A stretch of 63,796 nucleotides of DNA, counting the filler, from Olpidium bornovanus S191 (taxonomy: Eukaryota > Fungi > Olpidiomycota), in the NCBI GenBank assembly GCA_017911155.1. It is 26 parts of 26 records of this genome, joined end to end, with 100 filler letters (N's around TTAATTAATTAA, not from the genome) between each part and the next. Parts side by side here need not be neighbours in the genome. Positions count along the whole stretch, not along the records: positions 1 to 1,610 come from JAEFCI010012003.1; positions 1,711 to 4,569 come from JAEFCI010004943.1; positions 4,670 to 6,495 come from JAEFCI010000165.1; positions 6,596 to 8,516 come from JAEFCI010010797.1; positions 8,617 to 12,876 come from JAEFCI010013035.1; 21 more parts are not named here. One strand, given 5' to 3'. Shown here one piece after another: positions 1-11,504 of the stretch. The stretch's first letter is position 1, and each line of letters opens with the position of its first letter. Under the pieces are notes generated by a model. The model was not told where the DNA came from, searched no databases, and saw only the letters and a list, made by a program, of their open reading frames with translations. A program made the translations under genes and the position numbers.

Positions 1-528
1 ACGACCGACGTCGAGCGCCGGCGGCTCCTGGGCGGTGAGGAAGAGGTGCGCGACATCGACGGCGAATCACGGACGACAGCGGTGGGCGGCGGCAGGAGGA
101 GCGTGGACGCTCGCCTCATGGTCCGGGCCGGGTGCGGTCGATGGGGGGCCGGTAGGGGTGACCAGCGGATCCATCGGGGCGGGATGGTGAACTCGCTCGG
201 CGGCAGTGACGACGGTGTGGCGGAGGTCGAGCCGCCGGCCCGTGGACACGGCGCCAGGCGGCGGGGGTGTCAGTGATGGTCCGCTCGAGCTCCGTCAGAA
301 CGTTGTGAAAGCCAACTGTCGGGTCAGCAACGACGGCATCAATCGCAGCGTCGAAATCGGAAAAACAAAACGGCGGCGCAATCGACGCCGGGTGCGGTCG
401 TTGCGCTGTCACGCCGATCGATGGTTATGGGCCTAATTGATGGTTATGGGTCACGAGCCATCGAAGGTGTCAACTAATCCGTGCACTATAGCAACTAAAG
501 CGAGCCACGGTCACGGCCGCGGTGCCGC

Positions 529-1260
529 TCAGGCTTCCGCGGCAGTGGTATCTATAGGAAATATGCTCATCTTCTTGCGGCACGCCTCGAAGCGGTTTTT
601 GCCCAGGCCCTTTGTGATAGCGCCGGTGGGGTTGAACTCAAACGGAACACGGGCCGATGACAACTTCACCATCGTCGATGGCGGGAAGTACGAAGCGCCA
701 ACAGACGTCGATGTGTTTGGTGCGTACAGAACAGACGTCGATGTGTTTGATGCGTGCAACATTGTCGGCACCATTGGCAAGCCGCTCAGTGCCCGGTGTT
801 ATCCGTGAAGGCTGTGAGCGGACCGCACGCGCTGATTCGGAAGAGAGGCGGCGAAGCAAGAGAGCCTCCCGAGCAATCTCAGACGGCGTGACGTGCTCGG
901 CTTCAACAGTTGATAAGGCGACACACCGCTGCCTGACGGAATGGTAGAGGAGCGCCGCTCCGGCGAGAAGGAAGATAAGGCCGGTTTGGATCTTGCGGTC
1001 GTCGATGTTGCCCACCACCCGGTTTGCATCAACGAATCTCTTGAGAGAAACAAGGAACTGAAGGTCACCATCCGCGCGCTCACGATGCTCGCGGATAATG
1101 GAAGGTAGCGCCCACTTTGGAGAGGGGCTCATCGCCGTTGGCCGGAACGGGCAGGGAGACTAAAATTGGCAGGGTTGCAGGTGAATGTCCTCAACGAAGG
1201 TAACGTCGCAAAGTAAGTCTGATTTCCGCTGCGCCGTCCTCCGGATCATCGGGGCCGGAG
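529..1260 (-). mobile_element. Degenerate Ty1/copia RT-RNase H fragment
   Basis: Copia RNase H motifs DRKIQTGLIF, RQRCVALSTVEAEH, ARIKHIDV and a frameshifted NPTGAITKGLGKNRFEACRKKM tail. Upstream RT residues are heavily decayed. Confidence 0.8.
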
Positions 1261-1420
1261 GCGAGTCTCCGCGCAAGAAGCAAACCAGGCGGCCGCCGCG
1301 CCGGACAGGAAAGCCTCCTCTGCTTTTTCTTTTTCTTCCCGCCTCGCCCTTGCGCCATAGTTCTGTTCTTCTTGGTCGCGATGTCTGGATTGGTTTCTGC
1401 ACGTGTGGGTGCGCGAGACG

Positions 1421-1464
<44 letters not shown>

Positions 1465-1610
1465 CCCCCTTTTCCCTTCCCCCCCCCCCCCCCCCCCCCC
1501 TCCCCCCCCCCCCCTCTCGCGCCCGCCCCCCCCCCCCCCCCCGCCCCCCTTTGCGTCGCCAAAGAAACGCCGGGAAAAATTCCGGCCGCGGACCAGGCGC
1601 GCAACACGCG

Positions 1611-1710
1611 NNNNNNNNNNNNNNNNNNNNNNNNNNNNNNNNNNNNNNNNNNNNTTAATTAATTAANNNNNNNNNNNNNNNNNNNNNNNNNNNNNNNNNN
1701 NNNNNNNNNN
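1611..1710. other. Artificial contig spacer (first of 25 identical copies)
   Basis: 44 N + TTAATTAATTAA (stops in all six frames) + 44 N. Spacers start at 1611, 4570, 6496, 8517, 12877, 14531, 20964, 24111, 26370, 28019, 31252, 32773, 35866, 37072, 38529, 39808, 42320, 43581, 46994, 48937, 50178, 52057, 54725, 56345, 60336. Confidence 0.99.
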
Positions 1711-1860
1711 ATTAAGGTAATTTATGGAGAACGTGGCCATAAACTGCAATCTCACCTGATCTGCTGGGACAACAGAGAGTGCACCATTGCGCTGGCAATT
1801 CTGGCAGAAGTTACTTTGCAGACTTACCATGTTGTACTGGCAGGGCCAACAATAAGCACG

Positions 1861-1978
1861 TCGCAAACAGAGACTTTCACCGCCTGCACCATTTTCCAAT
1901 CATCTGCCCGGGCAGATGATTGGAAAATGGTCAGATGCTTGGAGAATGGTGCAAGTGGGTGAGAGTCTCCGTTTGCGA
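1861..1978. repeat. Nested inverted repeat: perfect 44-bp palindrome inside a diverged ~46-bp inverted pair
   Basis: 1888-1931 is ACCATTTTCCAATCATCTGCCC|GGGCAGATGATTGGAAAATGGT, a perfect palindrome. 1861-1906 is an imperfect reverse complement of 1932-1978. Confidence 0.92.
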
Positions 1979-3121
1979 AGCAGGAAGAGCGCGGAGGAAA
2001 GTGAATTTGCAGCCACACACCTCCCCAAACAAGCCGCTATGTTTTTTCGAAGCTGCAGACGACCCGGCAAAGGCGGCAGTGGGTCAAGGCCACGCCGACG
2101 CGAGACGCCCTTCCGACGGATTTCGCAAACAAGGCCCCGGGCTTAGTCCTTTGCGCGGCCGCCAGCCGCCGAAGACTCGCGCCCGAGCGTCTGCTGCGGC
2201 ACTCCGCCTTCCAGATGCACGCGCCAATGGAGGATCGCCCCTCTGGCAGAGTTCCCAAATGAGACCATGGACTTAGCCCTTCGCGCGGTGGCCACCCGCG
2301 CCACCGCCGAAGGCCCGCGTCCGTGCGTCTGCTGAGGCGCTCTACCGGGAAGGCGCGTCTCTCCTCACAGGCTACGGCGAAGGGGAGCGCGCGGGCGGGG
2401 GCGCGGCGGGCGGGAGCGCGGCGGGACGCGGGCTGGTGACGGAGAGGCGCTGGCAGAAGGCGGCGTGCGCGGATGGCGGGCCGCGGCGGGGGCGACGGCG
2501 GAAGCGGGGGCGACGGCGGAAGCGCGGCGACGGCGGAGAGAACGCCGCGAAAACGTTTTTTTTTGTTTTTTGGAGTGGCGCCGGGAAGGGTTAAAAGAGC
2601 GGGCGCGGGGTCGCGAAGGCGCTATCGCAAGAGCGCTATCGCAAAGCGGGGCGCGGCGGAGACGCTACGGCGGCGGCGGCGCGTCGTGCGCGACAGCGGG
2701 GATGACGGGGGGGTCGCGGGCGGAAGCGCAGCGGCGGAGTTGCGACGGCGGGAGCACGGCGGAAGTGCGGCGGCGGCTGGGGCGCGGCGGAAGCGCGGCG
2801 GCGGCGTGACGGCGGAAAGCGCCGGTGGACGGCGCAGCGGCGGAGTTCAAGTGTTTTTTTCGTGGGACCGGTGAAAACAATCTGTCTGGGGGGGGGGGTG
2901 GTCAGCGTGTTTTTCTCCAACGAAGGCGAGATAGCACGTGAATGCACGTGTTATACCTAGATGTTTGGTTCCAGATTGCTATTACCGCGAATTATCGACC
3001 TGCCACGGCGGGGCTCGGGATACTACGTCATTAACGGAACTCCCCCGCTCGTTGTGGGGAGGCCAAAGAAAGAAAAGGAAAAAAAAAAAAAACGAGAGGA
3101 AGTTTAGAACGCCACCAACAC

Positions 3122-4569
3122 ATGGCGCCCGTCTTTAAGAAGTTGGTGGACCTCGTGAAGAAGCAGAGCCGTGCTGCCTATTTCAAAGGCGACTGGTCCG
3201 GCGTTTTCGCCAGCGACGTTGACGACCAAGCGCGATGCGGTGTACGCGGCCGTGCTGCCTTCGAGCCTATGGTTGTTTACGGTAACAGCAGCGAGGTGTC
3301 GGCAGCAGATTACGATCCCATTCAGGGAATGCTCGCGGTCGGGACAACGCACACCTCAGCCTCGGTCAAACTCTACGGGCGAGAACGCCTAACTGCCGTA
3401 CTTAAACCCAAAGACACAAGGCTTGCCACAGTCAAGTTTCTCCGTTTCAGGCCCGGGCTGCCTGTTCTCATCTCCGTCGACTCCGAGAATACTCTGACAC
3501 TCTTTGACCTCAAGCCCTGCCGCGAATATTACACCCACTCGGCACGCAACACCGTTACCTGTATCGAGCTTTTGCATGCTACCGATTGGCTGCTGGTCGG
3601 CTTCGCCGATGGGACTATCGACGTGTACGACGCCTCGCGGGGGTGGCGATCGCCGTATACGATCCTCGATCAGCATGGCCTTGTTCGTGGCGTCCGTGTG
3701 CCCAAGCAAATCCCGGAGGTTGTTGCGATGGCCGCACAGCCGGGGAGATTGGGAAAGGTGGGAGGTTCAGTTTTACCTCGAATATAACCGCGGTTTTCAG
3801 GGTACATTTACTCCAGGTCCACAATCCAAGTTAGACTTTCCTTGTCCGAAGAAGGTCCCTGAAAGCAGACTTCCGCCGCTATTCTTATCCAGCTCCTCAT
3901 AGGTTATTCCACAGGTTTGATTGTCCTGTGGAACTTCATTACCCGATCTCAAGCCATGAGTTTTTTCCCGCTGGACATTCCCTTCAACAACCCAATGGCA
4001 CCGAACGAGCCGCCGTCCGGCACGTTTAATCCTCGGCTGACAGCGATGGCCTTCCACCCCGACGGTACTCACTTTGCGACTGGATACGATGATGGCCACC
4101 TTGCCTTCTGGGACGCGGTTAAGGACCAAGGCGGTTGTCAGCTGGCTCTCTTGACCGTTCATCAGTCGGAAACTCCAGCGACACCTGCAGCTGAGCCAGC
4201 GAACCCCGTGATTCTTAGCCCAATATTCCGCCTGAGTTGGTGCTCCATCACTTCGGGGGCGCCGGGTGGAGCGACGAGGCTGGTGGTGGCAGGTGGAACA
4301 AATCTCGCCACGCAGCCGTCGCCAGCTCTGCACATCTTGGATTTTGAAACGCGCAAGAGTTTTACGGCCCCGCAGAACGTGCACAACCTGGTTCCGCCAA
4401 GGTCCCCCTATCCCGCGATGACCTCTTCGCGAGTTGCGGACGACGTCCCGCCGCCAGTATCCGACTTTCTGTTGCTGCCGGCGTCGCTACCGTGGCGGCC
4501 TGTGTATGACCCCGTCGGAATTTGTATCATAATTAATGGACAACTCCGGATGTTTAGATTTCCTGCATG
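3122..4569 (+). CDS. SRO7: Lethal giant larvae/tomosyn-family WD40 protein (Sro7/Sro77-like), 5' part; intron ~3758-3893; 3' truncated
   Basis: YDPIQGMLAVGT, VKFLRF, LISVDSENTLTLFDL, DWLLVGFADGTIDVYD, LLIGYSTGLIVLWN, AFHPDGTHFATGYDDGHLAFWD match the Lgl/Sro7 N-terminal propeller. Confidence 0.85.
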
Positions 4570-4669
4570 NNNNNNNNNNNNNNNNNNNNNNNNNNNNNNN
4601 NNNNNNNNNNNNNTTAATTAATTAANNNNNNNNNNNNNNNNNNNNNNNNNNNNNNNNNNNNNNNNNNNN

Positions 4670-6495
4670 GCCGTCGCAAGCTACCACGTCGTCAACCGCG
4701 TCAGATCGGCACATTCAGGCCGCGAGCAAAGAGCTCCTTGTCAATTACTCTGGTACGGTTACCAGAATCATCGACCCGACGATCGGCATGTTTGAGCTCG
4801 ACGGACGGCATCTTCTCTGCCTTGCACATTACCCTGGGTACGAGGGGGTCCGGGGTTGTTTCCGTCTCGGGAATGTATTGGAACTGCGGAACGCGCACGC
4901 TTTTGACCAGGAGACAGACATCAGCCTCGCAAAAACCGACGCGGGCCAACACCGTCGGTATCGTCGGGCCGAGAGGACGGTCGTGCTTGCTGCCTGTCCG
5001 TACAGCGATGTTTCCATCTCCGCTTTTGCCGAACTACCGCGCTCGCCTATGGATGAGGTCCAGTCCCGTCAGTCGGTCGTCTGGACGGACTGGTTTCCCG
5101 GGACCAAATGCAGCGGACTAAACACGTTCGACCTGCTAGTTTATCAAGAGGTTTACTACCGTTTTTTGGAGAAGCTTCCGGCATTGCTCACGCCTCATCA
5201 GCTGCTGGGAATCCCGGATTCCAGAAGCGGCCAATCTCTGGAATTAAGCCAACGGCCGTGCGTCATATACCACCTGATGCGCCAGCTGGGATTTGAGCGG
5301 TACGCAGTGGACATTCGAGGTTCGTTCTTCGGCCACGCCACCAGGTGCTGTCTGACGCGGCGGTCATACCGGAAACCGTCGTTTCCTACCATTGAGGAGA
5401 TTGTCAAATCGCCTGCACTGCAAATAAATACTGATGGCCTTGTCGTCGGCAGCGAAGACTTCCATTTCCGGGTAATCTCAGCCGACACCTTGGCGTCCGG
5501 CACCAAAAACCACTTCGCGAAGTCGCAGCGGAGGAAGTCGTCCTTGTGTCTGCTCGGTATTTTGGAGGGCGGCCCGGACGGAAACGTCGTTCTAAGGGAT
5601 TCGTCCGGCACCCTTCAGGTCGTCCAGAAAACCGAAGGATCTTCCGCAGCGTTGGCCCGGATAGAGCAATATCATCTCGGTAGCGCGTTTGTATTTCCCG
5701 CCTTCGACATCGTGGTGGAAGTAGTTGCTGCTCGCCTGGACGGAGCTTCGGCGGTCGCCCCGGTCACGAAGGTGTACGCCCGACTGGACATGTCCCGCGC
5801 CATCTGCGTCGCCAGAGGTCCCGGAAATCCCTCGATCCCGCCTCTCGTCACCGAAGATGACGGATTGAGGGAAGTGGCTGTCCTCGTCGAGCGCGCCCAA
5901 CCTCCAAGCGCAGAGGTGGACTTGGAGGGCCGGTGGTTCCTCAAGCGCTACGTAGAAGGTGTTGCGTTCTCCGTCGAGCGAACAGAGGATTTGGGATCCG
6001 GACGCTCCGAACGCGGACTGCGATACGTCCTGACGGACCCTGAGCCGGCTCTGGTGTCTGTCAGGGGGAACGCCGTCGGCGCGCTCGCCGCGGTGCGGCC
6101 GGGAGGAATCTATGTCTTGCGCTGTTCGGCGGGAAATTTCGACGACGGGAAAATCCTTAAAAGAAGTCGGATACAGGATGGTAAGCCGAGAATGGCAGGG
6201 TCGGACGAGCAGTTGCTATTCAAGCGCAGGATAACCTGCACTGACGGACGGTCATGCCGGGTATGCCAAGTCATTGCGCGAGAGAGGAGCGACGAGGATT
6301 GCGGAATCGCGGCAGGGACGCGCATGCCGGTCCTCGCTGGTGGCACCCTCTGTCCCGCAATCGCCGCTGCGGGTCATGGCACGACGATTTCGGTACCGCA
6401 GCGGACCAGACTGATGTCAGTGACTGAGATATTGGGTCAGACTGTGGACGTTCCGGCGAGCGAGTTAGGGGAAGGCAAGCGGTATTACGGCTCGC
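4670..6495 (+). CDS. CTC1: CTC1-like (CST telomere complex large subunit), internal fragment; frame open upstream of the ORF-track ATG at 4788
   Basis: YSGTVTRIIDPTIGMFELDGRHLLCLAH, GNVLELRNAH, LAACPYSDVSISAF and LLGILEGGPDGNVVLRDSSGTLQVV resemble OB-fold motifs of plant/animal CTC1 (recalled, not searched). Confidence 0.7.
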
Positions 6496-6622
6496 NNNNN
6501 NNNNNNNNNNNNNNNNNNNNNNNNNNNNNNNNNNNNNNNTTAATTAATTAANNNNNNNNNNNNNNNNNNNNNNNNNNNNNNNNNNNNNNNNNNNNCATGC
6601 GGCGACAAGGACGCGGATGACG

Positions 6623-7486
6623 TCAAATTGCTCCTGCGATTGGCGCGGTCAAAAAGGAAGATTCGGCCGGGAATCTCCCGAGATTGCGAGCATAATTTGA
6701 CATTACCTCGCGCACTGCCAGGGCCAGTATGCTTGGCTGCGCCTCGAGGAAACGGGCCGGCGTCCCTGGTCCGTCCCAGACCCTCTCGAGGAGAAACTCT
6801 TTGACGACCTCGGCGTGGCCCAGGGACACAGCGGTCTCGAGACCAAACTTGGGCAACAATCCCGGCCCGCGCTCGAGGATGGCGTGGACGACCGCGGCTT
6901 GGCCGGCGGTGCAGGCGGCTTGGAGCGCCAGGGACGCGCAGACGTTCCGATCCAGCAGGAACTCGACGACATCGACGTGACCCTCCCGCGCCGCAGCGTG
7001 GAGAGCGCGAACTGCGCTCTTACTCCGGCCGGAAAACGAAAACTCGTAGATGAGCCGCAGGGTGCCGAGGTACCCCCGGGCGGCGGCGATCTCCAGCGCG
7101 TCGGGCGGCACGAGGGCCCCACGCATGAGCAGCACGGCGGCGGCGGCCTCGTGGCCCCTCAGGGCGGCGGTGCGGAAGGCCAGCTTGAGGTCGCAGTCCG
7201 GGAGGCGGGCCAGGAGGCGCAACACGGCCGTGTTCCCGCAGCGCCGGCCGACGGCCCATGCAAGTGCGGCCCGCTCTCCGGCGCGGTCGACGGCGGCCCC
7301 GCACCACAGCGACGGCACGTCCAGCACCTCGTGTGTGCGGCGGCTGACCAAGTGCAGGGCCGTAAGGCTGCGGTGGCGACACTGTCGTGCGATCAGGACG
7401 ATGAGCTCCGGCGGCAGCGCAAACGTGCAGTTCCCGGTGTCGCCGCAGCCGCCGTCGTCTTGCCGTGGAGGCGGCCCGGGGGTCAT
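6623..7486 (-). CDS. F-box plus ankyrin-repeat protein
   Basis: Likely ATG at 7486. F-box LPPELIVLIARQCRHRSLTALHLVSRR followed by ankyrin-like units (AFRTAALRGHEAAAAVLL, ALHAAAREGHVDVVEFLL, ALQAACTAGQAAVVHAIL, LETAVSLGHAEVVKEFL). Confidence 0.75.
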   Translation of the reverse strand: MTPGPPPRQDDGGCGDTGNCTFALPPELIVLIARQCRHRSLTALHLVSRRTHEVLDVPSLWCGAAVDRAGERAALAWAVGRRCGNTAVLRLLARLPDCDLKLAFRTAALRGHEAAAAVLLMRGALVPPDALEIAAARGYLGTLRLIYEFSFSGRSKSAVRALHAAAREGHVDVVEFLLDRNVCASLALQAACTAGQAAVVHAILERGPGLLPKFGLETAVSLGHAEVVKEFLLERVWDGPGTPARFLEAQPSILALAVREVMSNYARNLGRFPAESSFLTAPIAGAI

Positions 7487-8616
7487 CGTAGCTCCGGGGC
7501 CTTGCGCGCTTGCGCTCGCGGGAAAGCGATTGCCCGAGTTGCTTCTGCCCCGAGGTCCGCCCAGTCCCCTCCTCCAAAGTGCCGGAGGCCTTTGCCGGCA
7601 GGGGAGGTGCGATCGTTGGTGTGCCGGGAAGGGGCGGAGGCGAGGCTCGGAGAAACTCCTTGCGTCGTCTTTGCGGGGGGGGGGGAGGAAAGGGGCAATG
7701 GCGGGGACCACCAGCAAGCGGAGCGGGTTGAGGCGGAAAGTAGAGCTACCAGCAACCTGCAACCGCCGGGCTCGTCGCCGTCGAAACGGACCCCCAACGT
7801 CACCCCCCGTCCCTCCCCGGGCGGCGGTGATCGCAGGCGCTATGATACGATTTGTTCCGTTGCAGGCTGCCCCTTGCTCGTTCTACAAACACCCGCCGCT
7901 GCACAAACTGGGGGACCCGGGGGTGCGCCCCCTGAAAGGAAAAAGGAACGCGGGGAAGGGAGGAGGGGAAGCGGGAAGCCGCTTCCAATCAAACTGGCCA
8001 GATGGTCGGGTTCCCGTCCTCCAAACAACGGCCGTTTCACGGCAGCGCATTTCCCCCGTTCTGTTTCTTTTGTCGCCCTTTTCGGTTCTACAAAATAGAA
8101 TCTCGCCTTGTCATTCCCGTTGACGTGGACGAAGAAGGAAGAGCAGCGGCATGCGGAGCCGGGTGGCTGGCCGCCTCCATCGTCGAAATAAAGTCTCGGC
8201 TGCCGGAGGACTTGCTGCCGCGCCCCAGCTGCACTCGCGTTGCCCAGGCCACGGAGCCAGCGTCACCCCTTAGATTAGGGGATCGCAGGTTCACAAGGGG
8301 TACCGTCACAATTTCTCGCGTGTAAACCTGTTGGCCCACCGGAGGGTGACAAAGTCCTGTCTCTTTCTCCAACTTCGCAAAAGCGATTCTTTGCTTCGCG
8401 TTATTTTCAGACCACTTTTCGTCGAAAAGCCGATCCAAACGAGAAGCGATCCAGAACCCCTGTGGTAATGTAATTACCAGGTATTACAGGGGTAGAGAGT
8501 CAATTTGCTTGCCATGNNNNNNNNNNNNNNNNNNNNNNNNNNNNNNNNNNNNNNNNNNNNTTAATTAATTAANNNNNNNNNNNNNNNNNNNNNNNNNNNN
8601 NNNNNNNNNNNNNNNN

Positions 8617-11138
8617 CATGGAGCACGGCTGTCCGCAAGGCGGCGGGGACGATTGCGCCCTGGAGACGGGCGCCGCCCGCGGTCCGGCCGGGGGCGAGTC
8701 CGCAAATTTCGCGGCCGCGGATGAGGCGGCGGTTCCGCGAGGGATAGGTACCGGGGATGCGACGGCGGCGGCGGCGGCCGCCGCCGCATACGCGCTTCTG
8801 CGCAAACTCGATGAAGTCGACGCACCCGACGCTGCCGGCGCGCTGATCCATCTGGATTCTTCCGGCGCCGGAACCTTCAGGCTGGAGCCGAAATCGTAAC
8901 GCCGGTATAATCCCGCACGTTGCTCCGGCCGCTTGATGGCCACGGGGATCTCGTCCGGGTCAATGTCGTCCACCAAGCTATCGCCGCCCAGGCGACCAGC
9001 CGCATGCGGAGTCCGTTTTCCGAAACCGATGGTCACGCGACGGGGAGCGGGCGGCAGCGCGGCCGCCCGCGCGGGAGCGAGCGGCGACGAGGCCCTTTCG
9101 CAGCAATATGCATTTGTCGTCCTTTCCGGCGCCTCGAGAAGGGTCGACGCCCGTCGCACGCGGATCTTGTAATTCTTGTCTGCGTTGTTGTCCCAGTATT
9201 CGCCGCCGGCAACGTGATACCTGATCGCGAACTCGAAATCGCACCGACATTCTGCGGCCGGCCCCAAGAAACACGTGCTCGTTTCCGTCCACCCCTCGTC
9301 ACAGGCGGCAGCGGGGTTCCGGCAGACATGTATCGAGAACTCGAACCGGTCGACGCCGGGGAAGTTCCCGTGCTTGGCCAAGACGGTCTCCTTGAAACGT
9401 GCCGGAACGTCTTTCTGAGTCCTCCAGTCGTCCACAGTGCATCGGACCCAGACTTGCTTCTCGTACGCGTAGTTGACAGCCTGTATTACCCCCCTCAGTT
9501 CGCAGCCGTTGGAGGAGAGCGAAACCGACTCCAGCAAGACCGGCTTGCCGTGGTAACACGTCGTAAAGGGTGGGATATTGTGCGCGACGATGGTTCCAAC
9601 AAATCTCGCCGGATCCGGGCCAATGTGCGTAGGAACGTTGACCACCGAAGACGGAGTCTCGGCCTTCAGAAACAAGCGGACGTGTTCGTACTTGTCCTCA
9701 AACTTGACGGACTTACGCTGTTGCTGTTCCAGCAAGCACGGCATGGACTTGGTCTTCCGCAGGGCAGGTCGAAGGGATACGGAGTCTTTCCGTAAAGTAT
9801 GCTCGGCAGGAGATGGAGTCAAGGATCGACGTACTGAGACCTCGCCGCCTTCAACGGGCGTCGAGCATCCCACAAACTCCGCATGGGCAGGCGCCGCTTC
9901 TGACAACAAAAAAACAGGCGGTCGATCTCCGTGTGAGGCTTCCGCCGCAGGCTCGAGAGACTCCTCCTTCCCTGCGCCCTCGAGGCCTTCTGTAGTTCGG
10001 TCGGACCCCACGCCGGCAACAGTCTCGGGGCAACAGGGCGGTATAAGATACCCGTCCAACGACGACGCAGGCGGCGGAGCTCCCCGTGAAGTTTTCGCAG
10101 CAGACAGGCGATCCGCCGCGGTCTCGAGAGCCTTGTCCCCTTCGGAGTACACGGAACCATTCTTCGCCGGTGCATCGAAACGCACGTCGGCCGCAGATCG
10201 GCGGTAGACAAGCGGTATAAAGTGGCCGGTCGTCGGGGCGGACGACGAAAGGGCCGGCAGGCGGCCCGAGATCGGCGACGCAGCTCGCAACAGCGCGGAC
10301 GGTTCCGCTTCCAGCGATGAAGAGGTGTAGCAATAGCTCGCGTCCTGCGGATGGGCGCGCGGGTTAAGCGGGAAAACGGGGAGATTGTGGCTCAATGTTC
10401 AGGCTCGATGTTATGGGGCGAGCGAAAAAACCAACCAAAAAAAAAAACGAAAAAAGCGAAGATGAAGAAAGGAAAAAGAAAAAAAGCAAGAAAGAAAAAT
10501 GGAAAAAGGAAAAAAAAAACAAAAAAGGGAAAGATTTTATAGCAAAAAAAAATGAAAAACGAAGAAAAAAGACAAAGGAGACAACGGAGAAACACGAAGA
10601 AAAAACAAAAAATTCAAAAAAGTGTAACGAAATAAAAAACGAAAAAAAAAGCCAAAAAAAAAGAAAAAAAAGGAAAAAGAAACGAAAAAAAAAAAACCAA
10701 ACAATAAAATAACCGAAAAAAAGCGAAGAAAACACGTTGAAAAAACGAAGGGAAAAAGTAATAAAAAAAGATCAAGCGCACAGCGAGGAAGGCCTAGTAG
10801 CCCGTGCTCACCCAGCTGGAGCCCAAGCGGACGGCGCCGGAAACGGAGATCGGGGCGGCGGCCGGCTTCCTGCGGGAGGTCGCGATCGCCGGCGACAGGA
10901 CGGGACGAGCGGCGGGAGGGGTGCGGGCGGCCTCCCGATTCGCTGCCGCCGCAGCAGCAGCAGCAGCAGGAGCGCGGGCCGGGCGGGCGTGGGCGAGCTT
11001 GCTCCGCAGCACGCTCATCGCCAACGGGCGCGGCGGGCGGGCGTCCCACGGCAGACCGGCGGCGACTTCCGCGGACAGCCGCGCCAGCGGCGGCGGCGCG
11101 GCCGACATCGGCCGCAGGTTCGCGCAGGTCTCCTGCAT
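8617..11138 (-). CDS. Protein phosphatase 1 glycogen-targeting subunit (CBM21; Gac1/Gip2/PPP1R3 family); exon 11138-10812, intron 10811-10345, exon 10344 to contig end
   Basis: RVxF motif KSVKF. CBM21 motifs VLLESV, GVIQAVNYAYEKQVWVRCTVDDW, DRFEF, EFAIRYHVAGGEYWDNNADKNY. A GTGAG donor at 10811 and a CAG acceptor at 10345 join in phase 0. Confidence 0.9.
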
Positions 11139-11374
11139 ATGAATCTATACTCCTCCAACCTCGACGTCCTTTGCCGCCGCGGGCGCACCCGACAGGGGAC
11201 GTGAGGAGGGCAGATGCGGGACCGACCGCCGGAATGAGGTGTTAGGCGTCGAACGGTGTTTTTTTTTTTTTTTTTCTTTTTTCCTCCGCGACTCGCTTTT
11301 TGAGGTTTTTTTTTTTTTCCTTTTTTTCCGGCAACGGAACACGCCTGCTGCGCGGCGCGGACGGGCGGGGGAGA

Positions 11375-11405
<31 letters not shown>

Positions 11406-11418
11406 GCGGGAGCGGGGG

Positions 11419-11476
<58 letters not shown>

Positions 11477-11504
11477 GGGCCCAGAGCGGAGAAACCGGCG
11501 GGCT

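Noticed and set aside
1655-1666. Regularly recurring TTAATTAATTAA palindrome (CRISPR-like or regulatory repeat)
   Set aside because: Always flanked by exactly 44 N on each side; it is an artificial all-frame-stop linker.
2400-2900. GC-rich Ala/Arg/Gly ORFs upstream of SRO7
   Set aside because: Low-complexity GCGGCG repeats explain the open frames; no coding signature.
6815-8123. Long + strand ORFs (427 aa, 357 aa) and similar antisense ORFs over other genes
   Set aside because: Shadow frames of GC-rich genes on the opposite strand; Arg/Gly/Ala-rich with no domain signal.
8088-8460. Bromodomain-like C-terminus (SRLDRLFDEKW)
   Set aside because: Too short and generic to assign.
10345-10395. 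Non-AUG (TTG) start for the CBM21 gene
   Set aside because: A phase-0 GT-AG intron (10811-10345) links it to the ATG-started ORF at 11138, so no alternative start is needed.
10420-10790. Lys-rich or Phe-rich ORFs and poly-Gly/poly-Pro ORFs here and elsewhere (e.g. 1420-1550, 11375-11475, 35966-36120)
   Set aside because: Translations of homopolymer-rich, probably low-quality intron or contig-end sequence.
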